Origin: Phoronis australis
Lineage: Eukaryota; Animalia; Phoronida
Length of the DNA: 64,000 bases
Reading direction: 5' to 3'
NCBI GenBank assembly: GCA_002633005.1
Contig: NMRA01000206.1
Coordinates: 110,551 to 174,550, forward strand
In this document: piece after piece, positions 1 through 13,971 of the stretch
Layout: each line of letters begins with the position of its first letter
How positions within the stretch are numbered: the first letter of the stretch is position 1
Notes under the pieces: model-generated
What the model was told of the DNA's origin: nothing
Seen by the model: only the letters and a program-made list of their open reading frames with translations
Database searches by the model: none
Translations under genes and position numbers: made by a program

Positions 1-555
1 CCCAAAAGACCAAATCCGTTTTTGTGTTGGCAATAATGACGCGATTGCTTCGGAAATCGTCTTTTAATCTAAGGTTTGACAAAGAGAGAATTATGAGTTT
101 CTGAGTGATTCACTAAAGCTTCGATGAAAATTGACATATTACCAGCAGCTTCTATTTTTTTCAATATCACTCAAATTCCAGTTTCTTTAAGAAATGAAGT
201 AATTTTCTTCATTGCACAGTGGAGCAGACGACGGAAACGGAGTCGTAGTGCCCAGCGGCACTGCCGGTCGCCTGAGATACATGTATCACTGGAGAGCCTA
301 ATAATACTTATCCATAGTTCCGTTACGATTGCGACGTGTTCCGAATTTGGCACTTGAAATTGGATCTGAGCCTCCGTCCCCCCCAAAAAACCAATAAAAT
401 TGCACAATTTAATTATATCTTGTTTCAGCCGTCTAATTTTAATTACCGGAGTTAATTAATAAATTCAACATTACCCTACGCTTTTGCTGTTTTATTTTTT
501 TTTGCGGCAGCCAAGGGGGGGAGGGCCCCTTGGGCCCACCCTAAATCCGCCTATG
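1..555. mobile_element. Right part of a non-autonomous hAT-like DNA element; second copy at 50668-51581
   Basis: About 32-511 aligns closely with about 51127-51581 (e.g. AAGGTTTGACAAAGAGAGAATTATGAGTTTCTGAGTGATTCACTAA). It ends in CCCTAAATCCGCCTATG (555), whose reverse complement resembles the left end CAGTGGTGGATCTAGG at 50668. Confidence 0.75.
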
Positions 556-2435
556 TTAATAACCGTAGTTCTCAAAATAATCTTTGCAGACCTAGGCAGA
601 ACTATGTCAAAGAAAGGCGGACTTCTTGTCGGAATTATTTATTTGCCGGTTTGTCACTACGTTCTGTCGAAGTTAAGTTTAATATGACGTTATTGCGCAC
701 AGCTGGTATTTTTACGTGAGACTTGCTGTGCATAGTACACTTTAAGTTGACGCCAATTCGACAAACTGTATGCTAGAAAAACTTTCAAGATTTTGTCAGT
801 ATAGGTGTATAGACTAGCGTCAAGTTGGATTGGAGACTGAAAGAGGCAGATACCTAGTCGCGTTTTTGCTTCAAAATTGTGCGGAAGTTTGACATAGTCC
901 AGTTTATTATACATGTAGTTGCAGAGTCAACAAGACTTTGTTCACACTTTTGAGTGCAAAAGGTTTGAGTGCCTAATTCTATTGAAAATCACCAACCGTT
1001 GAAGGAAAGGGCGTTTTCAGTTGCGCAATCCTGGGCTTTGGTCCCTGTGGGTCCAAAAGATGGCCCGAAAATCCATTTAATTAAAATTTTGAATGCAACA
1101 TCCGTTTCAAGTTTATTTCATGCTAATCACCACCTAAACTAAAATGATGCCAGTTAGGACGTGGAAATGCCTGGGGTTATTAATTAAGATGCCTACTAAT
1201 TAACGACCAATTAACGATTGATTTAAACTTTTGAATGCAACAAAAAATCTTTTTCCAAAAGATAGTTTAGTAACTCTGGATACCATATCTACAACTTGCA
1301 GATAAGATGGGGGGGGCGTTTTGACTCCAGGGGAGAAAATGTGAAAATATTGATTAATATTATGGATAAAACATTATTTCAAATGAACAAAAATACCTGT
1401 TATGACATGAAAACTGACGTACATGTATTTCGACTAAAGATTCAAAGTATTTCCTATTACCGCCAGGCTGGTTGCCGACGTGAAAGTCAAATCGACCTTC
1501 TCGAACCGAAACGTGTATTTGAGTACCTATGTACGTAATTTGAAGTACACTTAAAGGTAAATGAATAATCACCATATTTCAAGGACGAACTTGCCATACG
1601 ACTGTAATCTAAGTGGTTAAAGATACACGAAAATAAACCCCAGTTCAAATATGTACAATTTACATGTAAATGATAGAAAAAATATATTAAAAACCTTCGG
1701 TGAAGCATTGTATGCTCAAGCAGAAATACCTATTAATGCGCGCCAATTTTCTATTTCAGGAATGTCGTCACTTGTACTTTCGAATTGACACTATCGTGTT
1801 TATTGAGAGTTTTGTTGTATTTTTCCAAAAAAGAATCCCGTGAATATTAACATTTGACTAGTATTCACGGATGATGACGTTAATAGTTATTCAACCTGAC
1901 AGTTACATACAACTGTATACATACATGTATACCATAGTAACTTAACTTTTCGGCCAGGCCGACCAATTATGTCAGTAGGTGTCAGTTTGTTTCCGTACAT
2001 CTTACTTGTTAAACCGTCACGTTTCAAGCACGTCATGCGACAACTCTTACGCTGATATTTGGAGCTTTGTTATCCCAACGCCTCAGCGAGCCAAAGCCGG
2101 ACTGTCATTAATTGGTCCTAAACGATTCACAAATTAATGCGGCGATTATAAAAAATTCTATTCGCTAATTTCTCTTCTTATGTATCGATTTTAAATATCG
2201 AAGAAGTCTACTATTTAGTTTTCAATTTCAAAAACAATCTTGTTCATCGTCTTACCTATATTTTTTTCTTTCTTAGATTTACCGAGGAATTGACTGAATA
2301 CCATGTGGTAAATAGTGCACACTTTCTCGTTCACTTGCGTGCTTATCCAACCGTAAAATTTGCGTTATGATGATCAGTGAGATTCTGATACCTCTTCAAG
2401 CAACTTGTAATTCTTAAAGTGTCTTTATCTTACAG

Positions 2436-4809
2436 TTGCTCCTTGTCCTCTCAAAAACACGTTTGGAAGATATTGTACTCATAAATGCCATTGTAACAAG
2501 CCGTCTTGTGACCGATTCAACGGAAGTTGTGAAGATTACGGAGGATGCAGCCTGGGTTGGAGCGGCAAAAACTGTTCAGGTAATAAACGCGAAACTTATT
2601 TCCGTTTTATAAATTACACACAGTTAATGCTTTAAAATGCAAACAAGAAAGTGTTGGTCTTCTTAAAACTGCTTCAAGCGACTGTAAGCTTGCTTTCGAT
2701 TAAAAACAGATGCACAATTTAGATTACAATATTTTTGAATATGAACTGGACAGCTTTGGAAGTCGAAGAAATGTCCTCACCCAAAGATCAATTTAGTTTC
2801 AACCCTGGCTAAATCTGGACGAAATGCTAACACGTTATTTACATCAACTTTTTCGAAATTGTCACAATTCACTGCACAAGTTCATTATATATATAAACTA
2901 CCAGGGACAAGACGACATAAAAGCGCATAAGCACCAACAGAGGTTCATCAAAAACGCTAAAAGATGTTAGTGCATTTTGGGCAGAATTCTGTAGAAGTCT
3001 GTCTAGTTTGTTTTGAAAACTGCTCTACCTATATGAAATTATTATCAATAGTTTCACAATTAAAGCTGCTATAATCCCGCCCTCTGGTACATTGTACCTG
3101 TAAATCTGACCGTGAGGTGTTCATTACTCAGAATAGAAATGATTCTTGATCTTGGTATAACTTGTAGTTCGTTATTACACGTACTTGACGCCATGCTCGA
3201 TAAGTTTCACCCCATGTTCAGTCATCTTCATGTTTGCTTCGAGCAGGGTCTCACGCACTATCGACCTTTCAGTTCATCTACCTGCATAGCCCCGAAATCA
3301 TTCCTCGTCTGAGTAAGGAAAAATTTGTAGCATTCACCGGTCTATATTAAATGCTATTGTGACCGACAAAGATAGATTGCAATGACGATGTCAACTTCAA
3401 AGTGAGGGTGATTTCAGGCCTTAGAAAGAACTGACAGTTTGACATTGTTAAACACCAGGCAGTAAAAGTTAGGCTGCCACAAATCATGCCATCAGGAATT
3501 ACATGTACGAACTGCCAGTTCTATGCAATCGCAGTTGTCCAAGTAAGAACAAGTCGAGGAAGTAGTGTGGCCTAGTATGATAGGTTCTCGCTTTCTTTAT
3601 TCGAGGTCGAGGGTTCGAGTCCCACTAGGTCACACTGGATCTTTGGAGGGATATTGCAATAATATCCTTGTGTGTTTTTCAGAGTTCCAAGTGGGCGTTG
3701 GCGGTGAGTATTTACTAGCTCAGACTGCTACTGATTTGTACGTCTATGCTACCTACACGGACATATATGAATAGGCGTAGCTTTGCAAGTTAATAATAGA
3801 ATAACCACTTGGTTCCGACTACGAAATTGTGTACACGCGGATTTCATTGAGACTTACTGAGCTTTAACAGTACACTTTTCAGAAATTCTTCGTAATCATA
3901 TAGCTACATGTACCGGTTGATTCATTTCGCATTATTAAAAGTTTCGGCGTCCCCGATTATATACTACCACAGGAACTGGGAACATTTTACTTTTAGTTAT
4001 TCATCGAGAATGTGTTACCTGAAGAGATCCAAATCTAAAGGCTTGTCATAGGAATAAGTGTTCACTTACTTTTAGTTTTTACATAGGCGCACCCAGGAGG
4101 GGGTGCTCGGGCGGTTCGAAAGAGCTCCCTAATTTGGCGAAATAGGCAAAAAGGTCCGCCTCGGTGAAACAAAATTCCGAGTAAACGAGACAAAAGACGT
4201 CCACAGGACTACAGCGCAGATGCACGATTGGCAAGCCTGGCCCTAGTGGCCCCGTTTTTTAAGTCCTCGTTGATTTTTCCAGTAATAGGTCCGCATATTG
4301 ACGAATAGTAATCCCCCTATATTTTAGGCTGGGTGCGCGAATAGTTTAGAACACGTTCCTATCTGTTGCACCTGATTTCCGTTTCAGTGGTTGGTAAGCT
4401 AGAAGGTAAAGAAGAATCGTCAAACACCGCCATCTACGCCACCGTCGGCGTGCTGGTAGTCGTTTGTTGTGCGGCATTGGGTATATTTCTCTTTGTGGCC
4501 GAAAAGCAGAAAAAGCAACGTCACCGTGAGGTGGACAAGGCGATAGCTGACGTGAACGCTCTAGCACTGGATAACGAAGAAAAAGAAAAACTAGGAGAAA
4601 CTTCGTTAAGGAATCCAAGCCCAGAAGCCGTAGATGCTGCAGCGCAGGAAGACGACGATGAGACGCTATGGAGCGCCACCACATCGCAATCTCTGCTCAG
4701 CGAGAAGCAAAGCGAGTCGCTTCTTGATAGTGATTCCACCAGCTCCGAAAGCGACGAACAGGTCGTGCCCTCAGAGCAAGATTTTGAACAAGAACAAAAT
4801 CTTAACTGA
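2436..4809 (+). CDS. 3' portion of a single-pass membrane protein with a laminin-type EGF repeat (MEGF10/SCARF-like ectodomain) and an acidic Ser-rich cytoplasmic tail; 5' exons not located
   Basis: Three phase-1 GT-AG exons join in frame: 2436-2579 (APCPLKNTFGRYCTHKCHCNKPSCDRFNGSCEDYGGCSLGWSGKNCS, 8 Cys), a 21-nt microexon 3683-3703 (EFQVGVG) and 4388-4809 (TM AIYATVGVLVVVCCAALGIFLFVA followed by EKQKKQRHR, stop TGA at 4807-4809). Confidence 0.85.
3557..3640 (+). mobile_element. tRNA-derived SINE head (decayed)
   Basis: A-box-like TGGCCTAGTATG at 3568 and B-box GGTTCGAGTCC at 3612; no complete cloverleaf seen. Confidence 0.5.
4082..4342. mobile_element. hAT-like MITE in the last intron of the EGF gene
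   Basis: Left end CATAGGCGCACCCAGG versus right end GGCTGGGTGCGCGAAT (imperfect TIR); flanks AGTTTTTA/AGTTTAGA are a 6/8 match to an 8-bp TSD. Confidence 0.55.
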
Positions 4810-6025
4810 CCATCGTTATTCTATTTGGATCAAGATGTGTAACATCTGCTTAGTGACTGGCCAAGCCTACGACGTGTGACCTCTTGTTTTCGATTGGTCA
4901 ATTAAAAACGAGGTCATCGGTGAAGGACAACGTGTTAAAATGTCGACTTGTTAGTGTTTCTTAATCTAAATCTGTTGAACATGAATTGCTAAGGCTCCAG
5001 TACAATCTAGCTCATCAAGGTTGTCAGGTTGCTCTGTACTTGCATGCATGAATTTCGTCCACATTAGAGAGATTACTCAGGTGGATGTCTTAGCAACCAA
5101 AAAGGATACGACATTACGTTTTGTGCATATGAGACGTATATGTGATCGCCTGATTTAACAACTACCGTCTGCTACTTTTGATTTGTCAGAGTTGGGATAC
5201 TATTTTGATGTTTTCAGGCGACATGTGCTTTATATCATGTTTAACCTTTGAAGTTTGATCACTCTTTTTGATGGGGAATGTGTACTTTTGCTTGGAATAA
5301 ATTGAGTTTTAAAGAGCACTGAGAAATTCCGTTTACTGAAGCACAAATTCTACAGCCAAGAAAAACACGATTTCCACCAATTTTAATGATTGCATGTGCT
5401 CTAAGCGATGTGTTTATGGTCGTGAATTGCTTTGAGTTTCTTGTGATTTTATCTATTGTCACCGAGAAAAAGTTGTATTTCTTTCAGCGGTTGCAGGTGG
5501 TCCTAGCAATTTTATTCAAGTACATGGAAGCTGCACTGCATCCATTTCCGTCTGTGCATATTGTTGACGATAATGGCAGATCATGTAATGGTTACAGTGA
5601 ACTAGCCCCCCCCCCTTTCTGGCACAGCAAAACTACTGATGGTCAACTTCTGACAACCTACATGTAGAAAATAGATGTTTACTACCGAAATATACCGTTT
5701 AGTACCACATGACTCGTTATTTGGGATGCACTCCAATGTTTTCTGCCCCTAAAATTGGGTACCATCTACTCTATAACAATATTGCCCCTCAGCAAATTCA
5801 TCTACTTGTTTTTAAATAGACCAATTTCTTTGATAAATGTCTTTCATGAACGTCCCCTTGAGTTTTCCGCCGCAACGCAATTTTGTAACATAAACGTATG
5901 AGAAATAAACCATAAATCTTGTTTATTGAATTAAATTGGTCAAACCTACCACATTGCCATTTTTCGAAATTTATATATCATGGGGTATACCAAAATGAAT
6001 AGATCATAGATCTCCCCAGTATCTC

Positions 6026-7932
6026 AATAGCGAATGTGCAAATCCGCCATCTTGAATTTGCTGCCGCAGTTGCATTATGGGAAGTGTATGCCTCTAACAC
6101 TTGACAACCGATTGTGTACAGTGTTGCCGGGTGTTGTTGTAACGAATTTTTAGCATAGAAGCTGTCAATAAAGATATTTTATTTTAATTCTTATCCAAAA
6201 ATTAATATTAAACGAATAACTAGTGCAGGAAACATGCAACTGTATTTTATTATAGAAATGTTTTGGAAATGAATAAAGTCAACGTTGCCGCATCCCATCT
6301 CCGTCGACTGTGACTCCGGCGCCCGCTCTGCAATCTCCGTCAGGGTCATACAAATACTCGAGATTTCATACTCAAAATCGTGCTCACTGGAGTCGCAGGC
6401 CTACTCGAAAAAGCGTATTTAATGTCACATTTCGATTAGACTCCAAACGCGTACTCAAATCTGAGAATCGTACTCGAGTTGCTATGGAACACTTCAGTTA
6501 TGATGTGAAATGCAAAACCACGAAAAGTCGCGCTCATTCAGCGCTCCCTATATTCGCATCGACTACCCTAGCAACTATGTTATCGTCAGCTCTCAGTACA
6601 ATTACAATAGTATAACGTGGAATGCTGAGTGTTCTGTAACTGTTCAATACAATATTATTGTACCATTTCTTGATACATTTGCCAATTATTAAGCTTTACT
6701 TCTTGAGACCCTTATCTCCCGCCAGAAAATGTCTAAAGAAGTTTGAAATAGCTTATCAAAGAAAGTCAGTTGGCCGAAGCGTAGCACAATGAGCCAAAAT
6801 CTCATTGTCTTATTTAGTCCGGGGTCATTCTCCCCTGCCTACAATTGACTCATTACTCCTAAAATTGGCATGGCCACACCAACGATTGACGGCATATTGA
6901 AATTATCTTTTTCATTGATGCAGAGGTGGGCCGGTGACCCGGGTACGGGAGTCGGGTACCATATCACAGGCTTGCAACCAACATTTTATATTTTAAGGGA
7001 GAGTTCGAAGTGCACATTTTCCTTGACGGGAGATCGAATTTCAAAAGTTTGTACCTTAATTGCCAGCGGTGGTGTTCTTTTCTAGTAAACCGGTTGTCCA
7101 CGTCAGCACGAAACTCCGAGTGGACACTTGGGCCGCAGTTGTTTGATTACTGGTCAACCCCTGTTCTCTCTTGCATAGAACCTATTGCCGTGTAGGCTTA
7201 TGCTGATGTCAAAATTTTGATACTGTATATTGGACTATCTTTGCATTTTAGCGGGATGTATCAGGTTAGCTGACATTTGGCGCGTGAGTTATAAACACTA
7301 CATGTAGTACACTATAGGCAGACATACAGAGATCATCAGTGAACGGGACGAGACGTCTACTCATAAATCGACAAAAAATCTGGAATGTTGTTCGGGAATT
7401 GAGGAAGTATCGATGACTAAACTAATACGTGATCTGACAGGGAAGCAAATTGTTATCATTAACTTTCCTTAGGAAACCGTACAAACCGTTGCGCTCGCAC
7501 TTCAGTCACGGCAATCCCCACCCCACATCTGCTTTTGACCGTTGTAATGACTTGTCGACATGGGATTAGCGTTCGTCAGTTGCCAGGAATCGTAGTAAGA
7601 AGGACTTTAAAAATTGGCGGCAATGAAGTGCGGTGAGTAGAAAGTGTGAGTCTCAGTATGATTCGAGTCTGAGTACGAAGATTGCAGACAGGGGCCAGGT
7701 ATACTATAAGCACATGTCTTGGATTGTACAATTTTTAAAATTCTAATTTTAATATTATACTGAGATTTTGTAACATATTTTTTAGTCTTAATAATTGACA
7801 AAGGCAGCTAAATATAATAATCTCTTCTGTATAGAAACTCTCACTCTGCTGCTAGGCATACAAACTATCCCAAAATGCAATAGAGATGAACTGGTGTTTG
7901 GCATGCGCATTGAGATTTGCACATTCGCTATT
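6026..7932. mobile_element. About 1.9-kb non-autonomous TIR DNA element (AT or TA target; PIF/Harbinger-ISL2EU-like ends)
   Basis: Perfect 19-bp inverted repeat AATAGCGAATGTGCAAATC (6026-6044) / GATTTGCACATTCGCTATT (7914-7932), plus a mirrored subterminal TCCCAWAATGCAA motif at both ends. Confidence 0.65.
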
Positions 7933-10900
7933 TCGTCCCCTTCTAGCGAATCTGGCGGTGACCACTAACCCACGAAACTGAGCAATGCTACTATCTGACA
8001 CAGCGCCACCTATACTGAAAAGTGACCATGTGGAAATATGATGAACGACACACGGAATTCCGTGTGTGTGCATCAATGCGCATGCTCGGTCGGAAGTTTA
8101 TCGATCACACCTTCTTCTTGGACACGCTTTCTATGCACTGTCCTTGTTTGGGCTTAGCCACGGAATCGGTGTTCCCTTGAGTTTGTTTACTTCTGTCACT
8201 GACGTTGTAATAAGTTTCAACTATTCAACTCAAAAGTGGTCTCCATACTACGTAACAGTAAACTGAAAGGGGTTTCCAAGATTTCAACCAATGGGAATGA
8301 CTGAATGTTATGGCGTCAGTTTCATTACTTAACCAATAAGAAGTCGTGATAAACAACATCCACACTGCTACCTTACGTAGCACTGAAAGAGTTTGAGAGC
8401 GATAACACCTTTTAGGTACCAATTAGAAACGCTATATTTTGAAAAGATCAAAGTGACCGTGTTGACTCTTAGTATTTTGTTTATGTGGATACATGTTCCA
8501 GTACATTGTCCATACACGTAATAAGATCTTAAAGATGCTCTGTCTCATTAAGTCCATGAATATTTATATGAGTAGCAAGAGCCACCTTGTGATTTCCTGG
8601 AGAACTACTGTATGTTTTCAAGTATAATCAGGAAAAGAAACACTTTGTAAATACATGTAAATTGTGGTTTTCATGAAAACACCAAAACAAGTGTGAACAT
8701 ATAGAAAACCTTAGTAATTTCAAATATTACCCTATTGATAGTGAAGTAAAGAAATAATAAAAACTGTGCCTTGTTTCATTAGAGTAACTATGACATATTA
8801 CCAAGGTCATTTACATAAAAGTTGACTGGCAAATGTAGCCTTTAGCGGTATGGTAATAGTAACTTGTTCTCGTATGGTTTCCGGAAGACCCGATGTTGTT
8901 TGTAATCTAGTACTTCATTTGCAAATTTACATTTAATGAAACACAGCATCTTTAATACGAGATACTTGCAGTCACTATATCCCACCTCTAGCCAACGGTA
9001 AAGAAAACAACCCGTGCATGGGACGCGGGGCATATCAGCACTTGACAAAGTTTGTCTTTCAGCAGTGCCATCTTTGCTTTGGTACATTAAAATGACTCCA
9101 GTGACAACACGTCGTTGGCGAATGAAAATTGCGATTGAGTTCCTATCTGGATGAGACTGTAGTCATTCGATGAAATTGAAATCCTGAACGTTTTATCTGC
9201 TGCCAAAGCAGGGCACGGGGAACTGATGAACCACTCTGTTTCAACAGAAAATAACTTTAAGAAAACATAGTCTGATGCGTACAATGCACGTACAATGCAT
9301 GTACATGTATGTACTTAGGCAAACAGCATTCACTTTGCTACATATAACCAATATTTCAGTAGTAAGCAGTTGCAAAGAAACTTTGTCTTTTATAAACACG
9401 CGGGGAGATGGTGGTCTGAGCGATCGCAGTGGCAAAATAAATGTGCAATTAATAATTGTATCTAACATTTCAGCGGTAAGTCACCACATTTCGAAAGTAA
9501 AATATTATGCCAGCCATACCCTCCATTACACTGGAGCCTAAAATCATGAAAACCAAACATGAGAACTCTTTAAGCGGGTTTATAAAAGATGTTTCAAGCT
9601 GAAGCGTCCTCCCTATAAACCTTGCATGGGAACAGCTTGCTCGAGCCTTAGTACAAGCACTATTTAGTTTTGTCGACACAATTCATTGCCCAGTGTAGTT
9701 TTATTCATATTGTGGAAAACTGAACAATAAGAATGCCAAAAGTGTTACTTTTTCTAGTGATGACAAAGGTACTGCCTGGACAAACATTGAATACTGCTGT
9801 CTACGCGATCGAATGACAGATGTACGCTGCCACTGTTCGTCGTTGCGCTCACTGGTACCTAATTATAGGTAGAAAGATACTCCTGTGGTTATCATTATGG
9901 CTACCCCCAAAATCACTCTCGACAGCTGTAGCCATAATCGAATTGTTTCCACCCATCGAACACATAGCTGCATGTTCAGTGTGTATGGACTATGGTGGAA
10001 ATTACAGTTAAACTTGAACTAAGAGTCGCTGTTCCAAAAAAAAACAATGGAGCAGCAATTGCCTGTTTGCCACGTTTCCTCTTGTGTATAGCTAGTCTCG
10101 TCCGTAGTATTTCCTGTCGTTGTATTTCCAAGCACTGATGTCCATACACAGTTCTTGAAGTGAATTCACAAGAATTGCGTTTGGACAATCAAGGCCAGAA
10201 AAGCTGGAATTGAGTTGCGCAATTTCCGTTTATTGCAGACGCACCAATGTAAAAGTTTCCCTGACAGCAATACTAATATACTATGACAATAATAGCGTTT
10301 GCTTATTAAATTCCCCAATCCAATTAGGATGGCGCATTGTTAGGAAGAATTGACAACATTCAGAGAGTTTCTGGATGTTTCCGGACACATTCTTTCGAAA
10401 AGTTAGCAACTGGAAATGACACACTTTAGTTTTTCTTAACCCATGTACAGGCATAAGATAAGCACGCCAAGCGTATTTTTGTATGCAGAATTCTTTGCCA
10501 TTGTTGTTTACAGTCTTCATATTAGCCATGGTTCCCATACTTAAGTTTACCATGAGCGTGTTGAGAAATAAATGTGTACTGAAATAAACTGAAAACTGCA
10601 GATACTGTCCACTTCCGGAAACACGTCATGGCGAAGAACGTATTGGTGGCTCAGGAAGCAGGCCCCTTTTCACCTATTCTATTGTTTCCACTAGAAACAT
10701 GGATTTGACTTGGGGGTAAGGGGTGATTGAAGAGATGCCCGGTAAATAAACCTTTTCTTTACATTCTTTACCAGTTCTACTTCGTATGAAGCCACTGCGC
10801 ATTTCTCAAAGAGTTGTACCCGGAAGTGGATTGGTTGCCATTCTTGCACTCGGAAACTCTGCAAACAAAGTGAAAACATGCGAGTCCTTTCAACAAGAGA

Positions 10901-10960
10901 TCACGGTAGCTTTATCTTGTCTCATATTTTTAGCCCTATACTTCCACCGAGAAAGAAACC

Positions 10961-11111
10961 GGGCGTGCGTTCAGTAAAGCTAAGACCTACAATATTACCC
11001 AGCTAAAATCTAGTTAGTCGCGTGTTCTCATTTACAATACGCGGCAGTATTTAAAGTAATGTCGCAAAATCTTGCTTTTTAGCGAGGTCTTAACGTTACT
11101 GAACGGGAGGC
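10961..11111 (-). mobile_element. About 150-bp MITE family, copy 1 (inverted relative to copies at 27054 and 60258)
   Basis: Reverse complement aligns with 27054-27207 and 60258-60411; TIR core GTTCAGTAACGCTAGGACCT. Confidence 0.8.
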
Positions 11112-11628
11112 AGGATCTGGTCAAGGGCAGCAAAAAGCCAAATTGCCAGTCTCAAGCCTAAAACCCACCACTTCCCTTGACATTGGTCCATTACGAGGCT
11201 TTGAAAGCAACTGTGTTACAGAAAACATCGCTGTGGTTCAAACGTGCTGCCATCTAATAATTTTTTGCAATATCCGGGTGTTAGGAAAAGTCGAATACTC
11301 CTTAGCATCCGAGGAGAAATGCAGCAATGCTACAGTGAGCCGTCTTCAAGATATGTGTATCTACAGCCAAAATAGTGTTTATTTTGTTCGATGTTGAGAA
11401 ATATACATGCGTATTCTGACACTGGTTATCTTTTTGTGCAATGGATGGCGCTTTGGACAGCGTTGACTCTTTGGATTCGGAGGTGGGAGGGAGAGATCTT
11501 TTTAGAATACAAATGGCCGACCAAGTTCTCTTGTATGCACGTCACATAATCATGAAACTGATAGATCTATTGAGAAATACCTTTGTAGCTTGCGGTTGCT
11601 GCACGCACAAGAACAGCCTAAATCAATT

Positions 11629-12017
11629 TAGGGAGGAGTCAACAGTTGTTCGGAATTCAAAACTACCTGTCCAGACTTTAAGACCAGGTGCCTGGACAGC
11701 AAACCCCATTGGTCTGTGTTCTAGCTTGGTGATTGGACCTCAACAAGCGATATCCGGAACCTCAACACCAGATGTCCGGCAGCCAAAACCTGGTTGGCCG
11801 TTGATCAAACATAATGCCCAAACAAATGACTGGTCAACTGGCCGTAACATCGGCCATCGTGTTTTGGGTCAATCCACAAGTTTTTGTATGACACAGTCAC
11901 GTTGTTAAGTCCGGACAACACGTTTGGTCACCAGCCATTTGGTTTCACAGTTCAACTGACTGCATTTGAAGTCCGGGCAAGTGGTTTGGAAGTCAGACCA
12001 ATTGTTGATACCCCCTT
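11629..12017. mobile_element. Decayed MITE with about 50-bp TIRs
   Basis: GGAGGAGTCAACAGTTGTTCGGAATTCAAAACTACCTGTCCAGACTT at left matches the reverse complement of the right end (GGGGGTATCAACAATTGGTCTGACTTCCAAACCACTTGCCCGGACTT) at roughly 75% identity. Confidence 0.65.
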
Positions 12018-13782
12018 GAATATGTATTGTGCACAGCCTCGTATTTTTGACATGCAATTTGTCAACAAAACGATTCACTATATTCTAAGCTCACATTCCT
12101 GTACAATATTGATGCGACAAACGTACACAGCAAAACATGCCTACTCATGCCCACACACGCACATGCATGAACATTTAAATAAACGGAATTCGATCCTTCA
12201 CCGTCATTCCACAATATAGGTGGCGCTGCGGCAGAGAGCGTATGTGCCTTGTACTTACCGAACAGCCATATAAATAGTGTTAGGAGTTTTCTGACTTCTT
12301 CTCTTGGGCTCTTTCGTCGGACTTACTTTGGTGGCATGGGATGGTGAACAAAGCAACATATCTGGGAGTGTCGAGAAGCAAAGTACAGACTGTAGATGAT
12401 GTTCATTGCACATGCGAGTCTTTAAGGTCACGGGGTAGCCTTACATGTGAATCTCTGTCTTAACCCGGAATGCCCCTATATGTGAAACACTTCAGTAAAG
12501 CACAAGAGAAATTTTCTAAGGAAACTTCTCTTTTCCCTTACAAAATGATAGACGCTGACGGCAATTAAATGGAAATCTGCAATTCGATGCAAGTTGGCAA
12601 ATACGAAAGAATTTGATCACGCTTGCAAATAATTAGCAAGGAATGTTCTTCTACTACATAAATATAGGGGCATACACTTATTTGTGGAAGATTTGGACAC
12701 CGATCTTTTGCTGTTCCCAGGGTGCTGGACTATCATAAAAATGCTAGCCATGTTTTGTAAACACAAGGAAATGCGAATTACTCGTATGCAGACAGCTCAA
12801 ACCCTAAGTACATGTACAGTAGGAGTTTCACGCTATATTGCGTTAGCGCGAGAAAACAACAAACAAAAGATTCTGTTTAGCAATCGTTTTTAAACATTCT
12901 TCTGTAGCCGCTGCAACAGTAATTGACTGAGCATTCTGGCGGTGACGTAAACCGCAGTCAGGCAAACAGCTTAGAGAACTTCTAACACATTATTCTTAAG
13001 CTGTATTAGATGTTTAGAACATGTTGTAACGAAGTCAACAGTACCTACAGGTTAATCCTAACGAAATCCGTCAGCGAAAAATTCATCAAAATCCTGCTTT
13101 GTAACGAACTGGAACCTAGTGAAACTCCGTTTTTTTAGATTTTACGCTACACTCTACAGGTAAGTTGGAGATTCATTGAAGGAGAAGGCCAACCGATATA
13201 ATTAGGTTTTACTATCGTCTTAATCGGACTATATCCACATCATCCCGTAAACACTCGATCTCACCTTGCAGAAAGGTGTCGCGTTAACCCGTGAGGAAGG
13301 TGACTACACGATGCAGCGACGTCAGTGGTTCTTGAGCTGAGTGGCGTGCCGCTATGGTGTAGCGTATCTTTCCCGCTTGTGCCAACGAAGCGGGTATATC
13401 TCTTTTTTCGATTTCCTGGAGACCAAGACTGGCTTCAGAATTGGTTCCAGCAGTAAAGAACGAAAAGTACGTCGTAAATACCAAGTATAAGGTCGCAAAA
13501 TATGTCCGTGTCTGTGCCCGGTATTGTTTTGTTTCAAATTAACTTATTTTCACCCTAACCAAAGTTGATATAAAACTGAAACACAGTGTCAAAATCTGAC
13601 TCAGTAGATACAGTTTGTAATGCCTTAGAAGTGTTCGTGATGGCAAATGTTTTGAGAAATCAAAAGTGAATAAACATACTGCGTTACTGCATGCTAATTC
13701 GGTGCTTGCTGACAGAAAGCTGTAGTGAGATTATAACTCCCTTATACATGCTATGGTCAGATGTCAGAGGAATCTTTATTAT

Positions 13783-13809
13783 TATACACATACACATACA
13801 TATATACAT

Positions 13810-13856
<47 letters not shown>

Positions 13857-13927
13857 CACATACATATATACATATACACATATATACAGAACCATGCAGA
13901 GAGAAAGTGTACAATAAAATGACTTGA

Positions 13928-13967
<40 letters not shown>
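13783..13967. repeat. Compound (CA)n/(TA)n microsatellite
   Basis: Mixed CA/TA run at about 13783-13887 and a pure (TA)n run at about 13931-13967. Confidence 0.97.

Positions 13968-13971
<4 letters not shown>

Noticed and set aside
2277-2307. Exon-like segment upstream of the EGF exon (strong acceptor, G|GTAAAT donor)
   Set aside because: The frame needed to join the phase-1 EGF exon contains TGA at 2295-2297, so it cannot be placed in the CDS; it may be UTR or chance.
11441-12219. 155-aa and 111-aa ORFs
   Set aside because: They overlap a MITE with TIRs and show no protein-like features or splice support.
13139-13159. 21-nt microexon-like segment with strong splice signals on the + strand
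   Set aside because: Joining to the next acceptor (13271) hits a stop and no coherent gene could be built.
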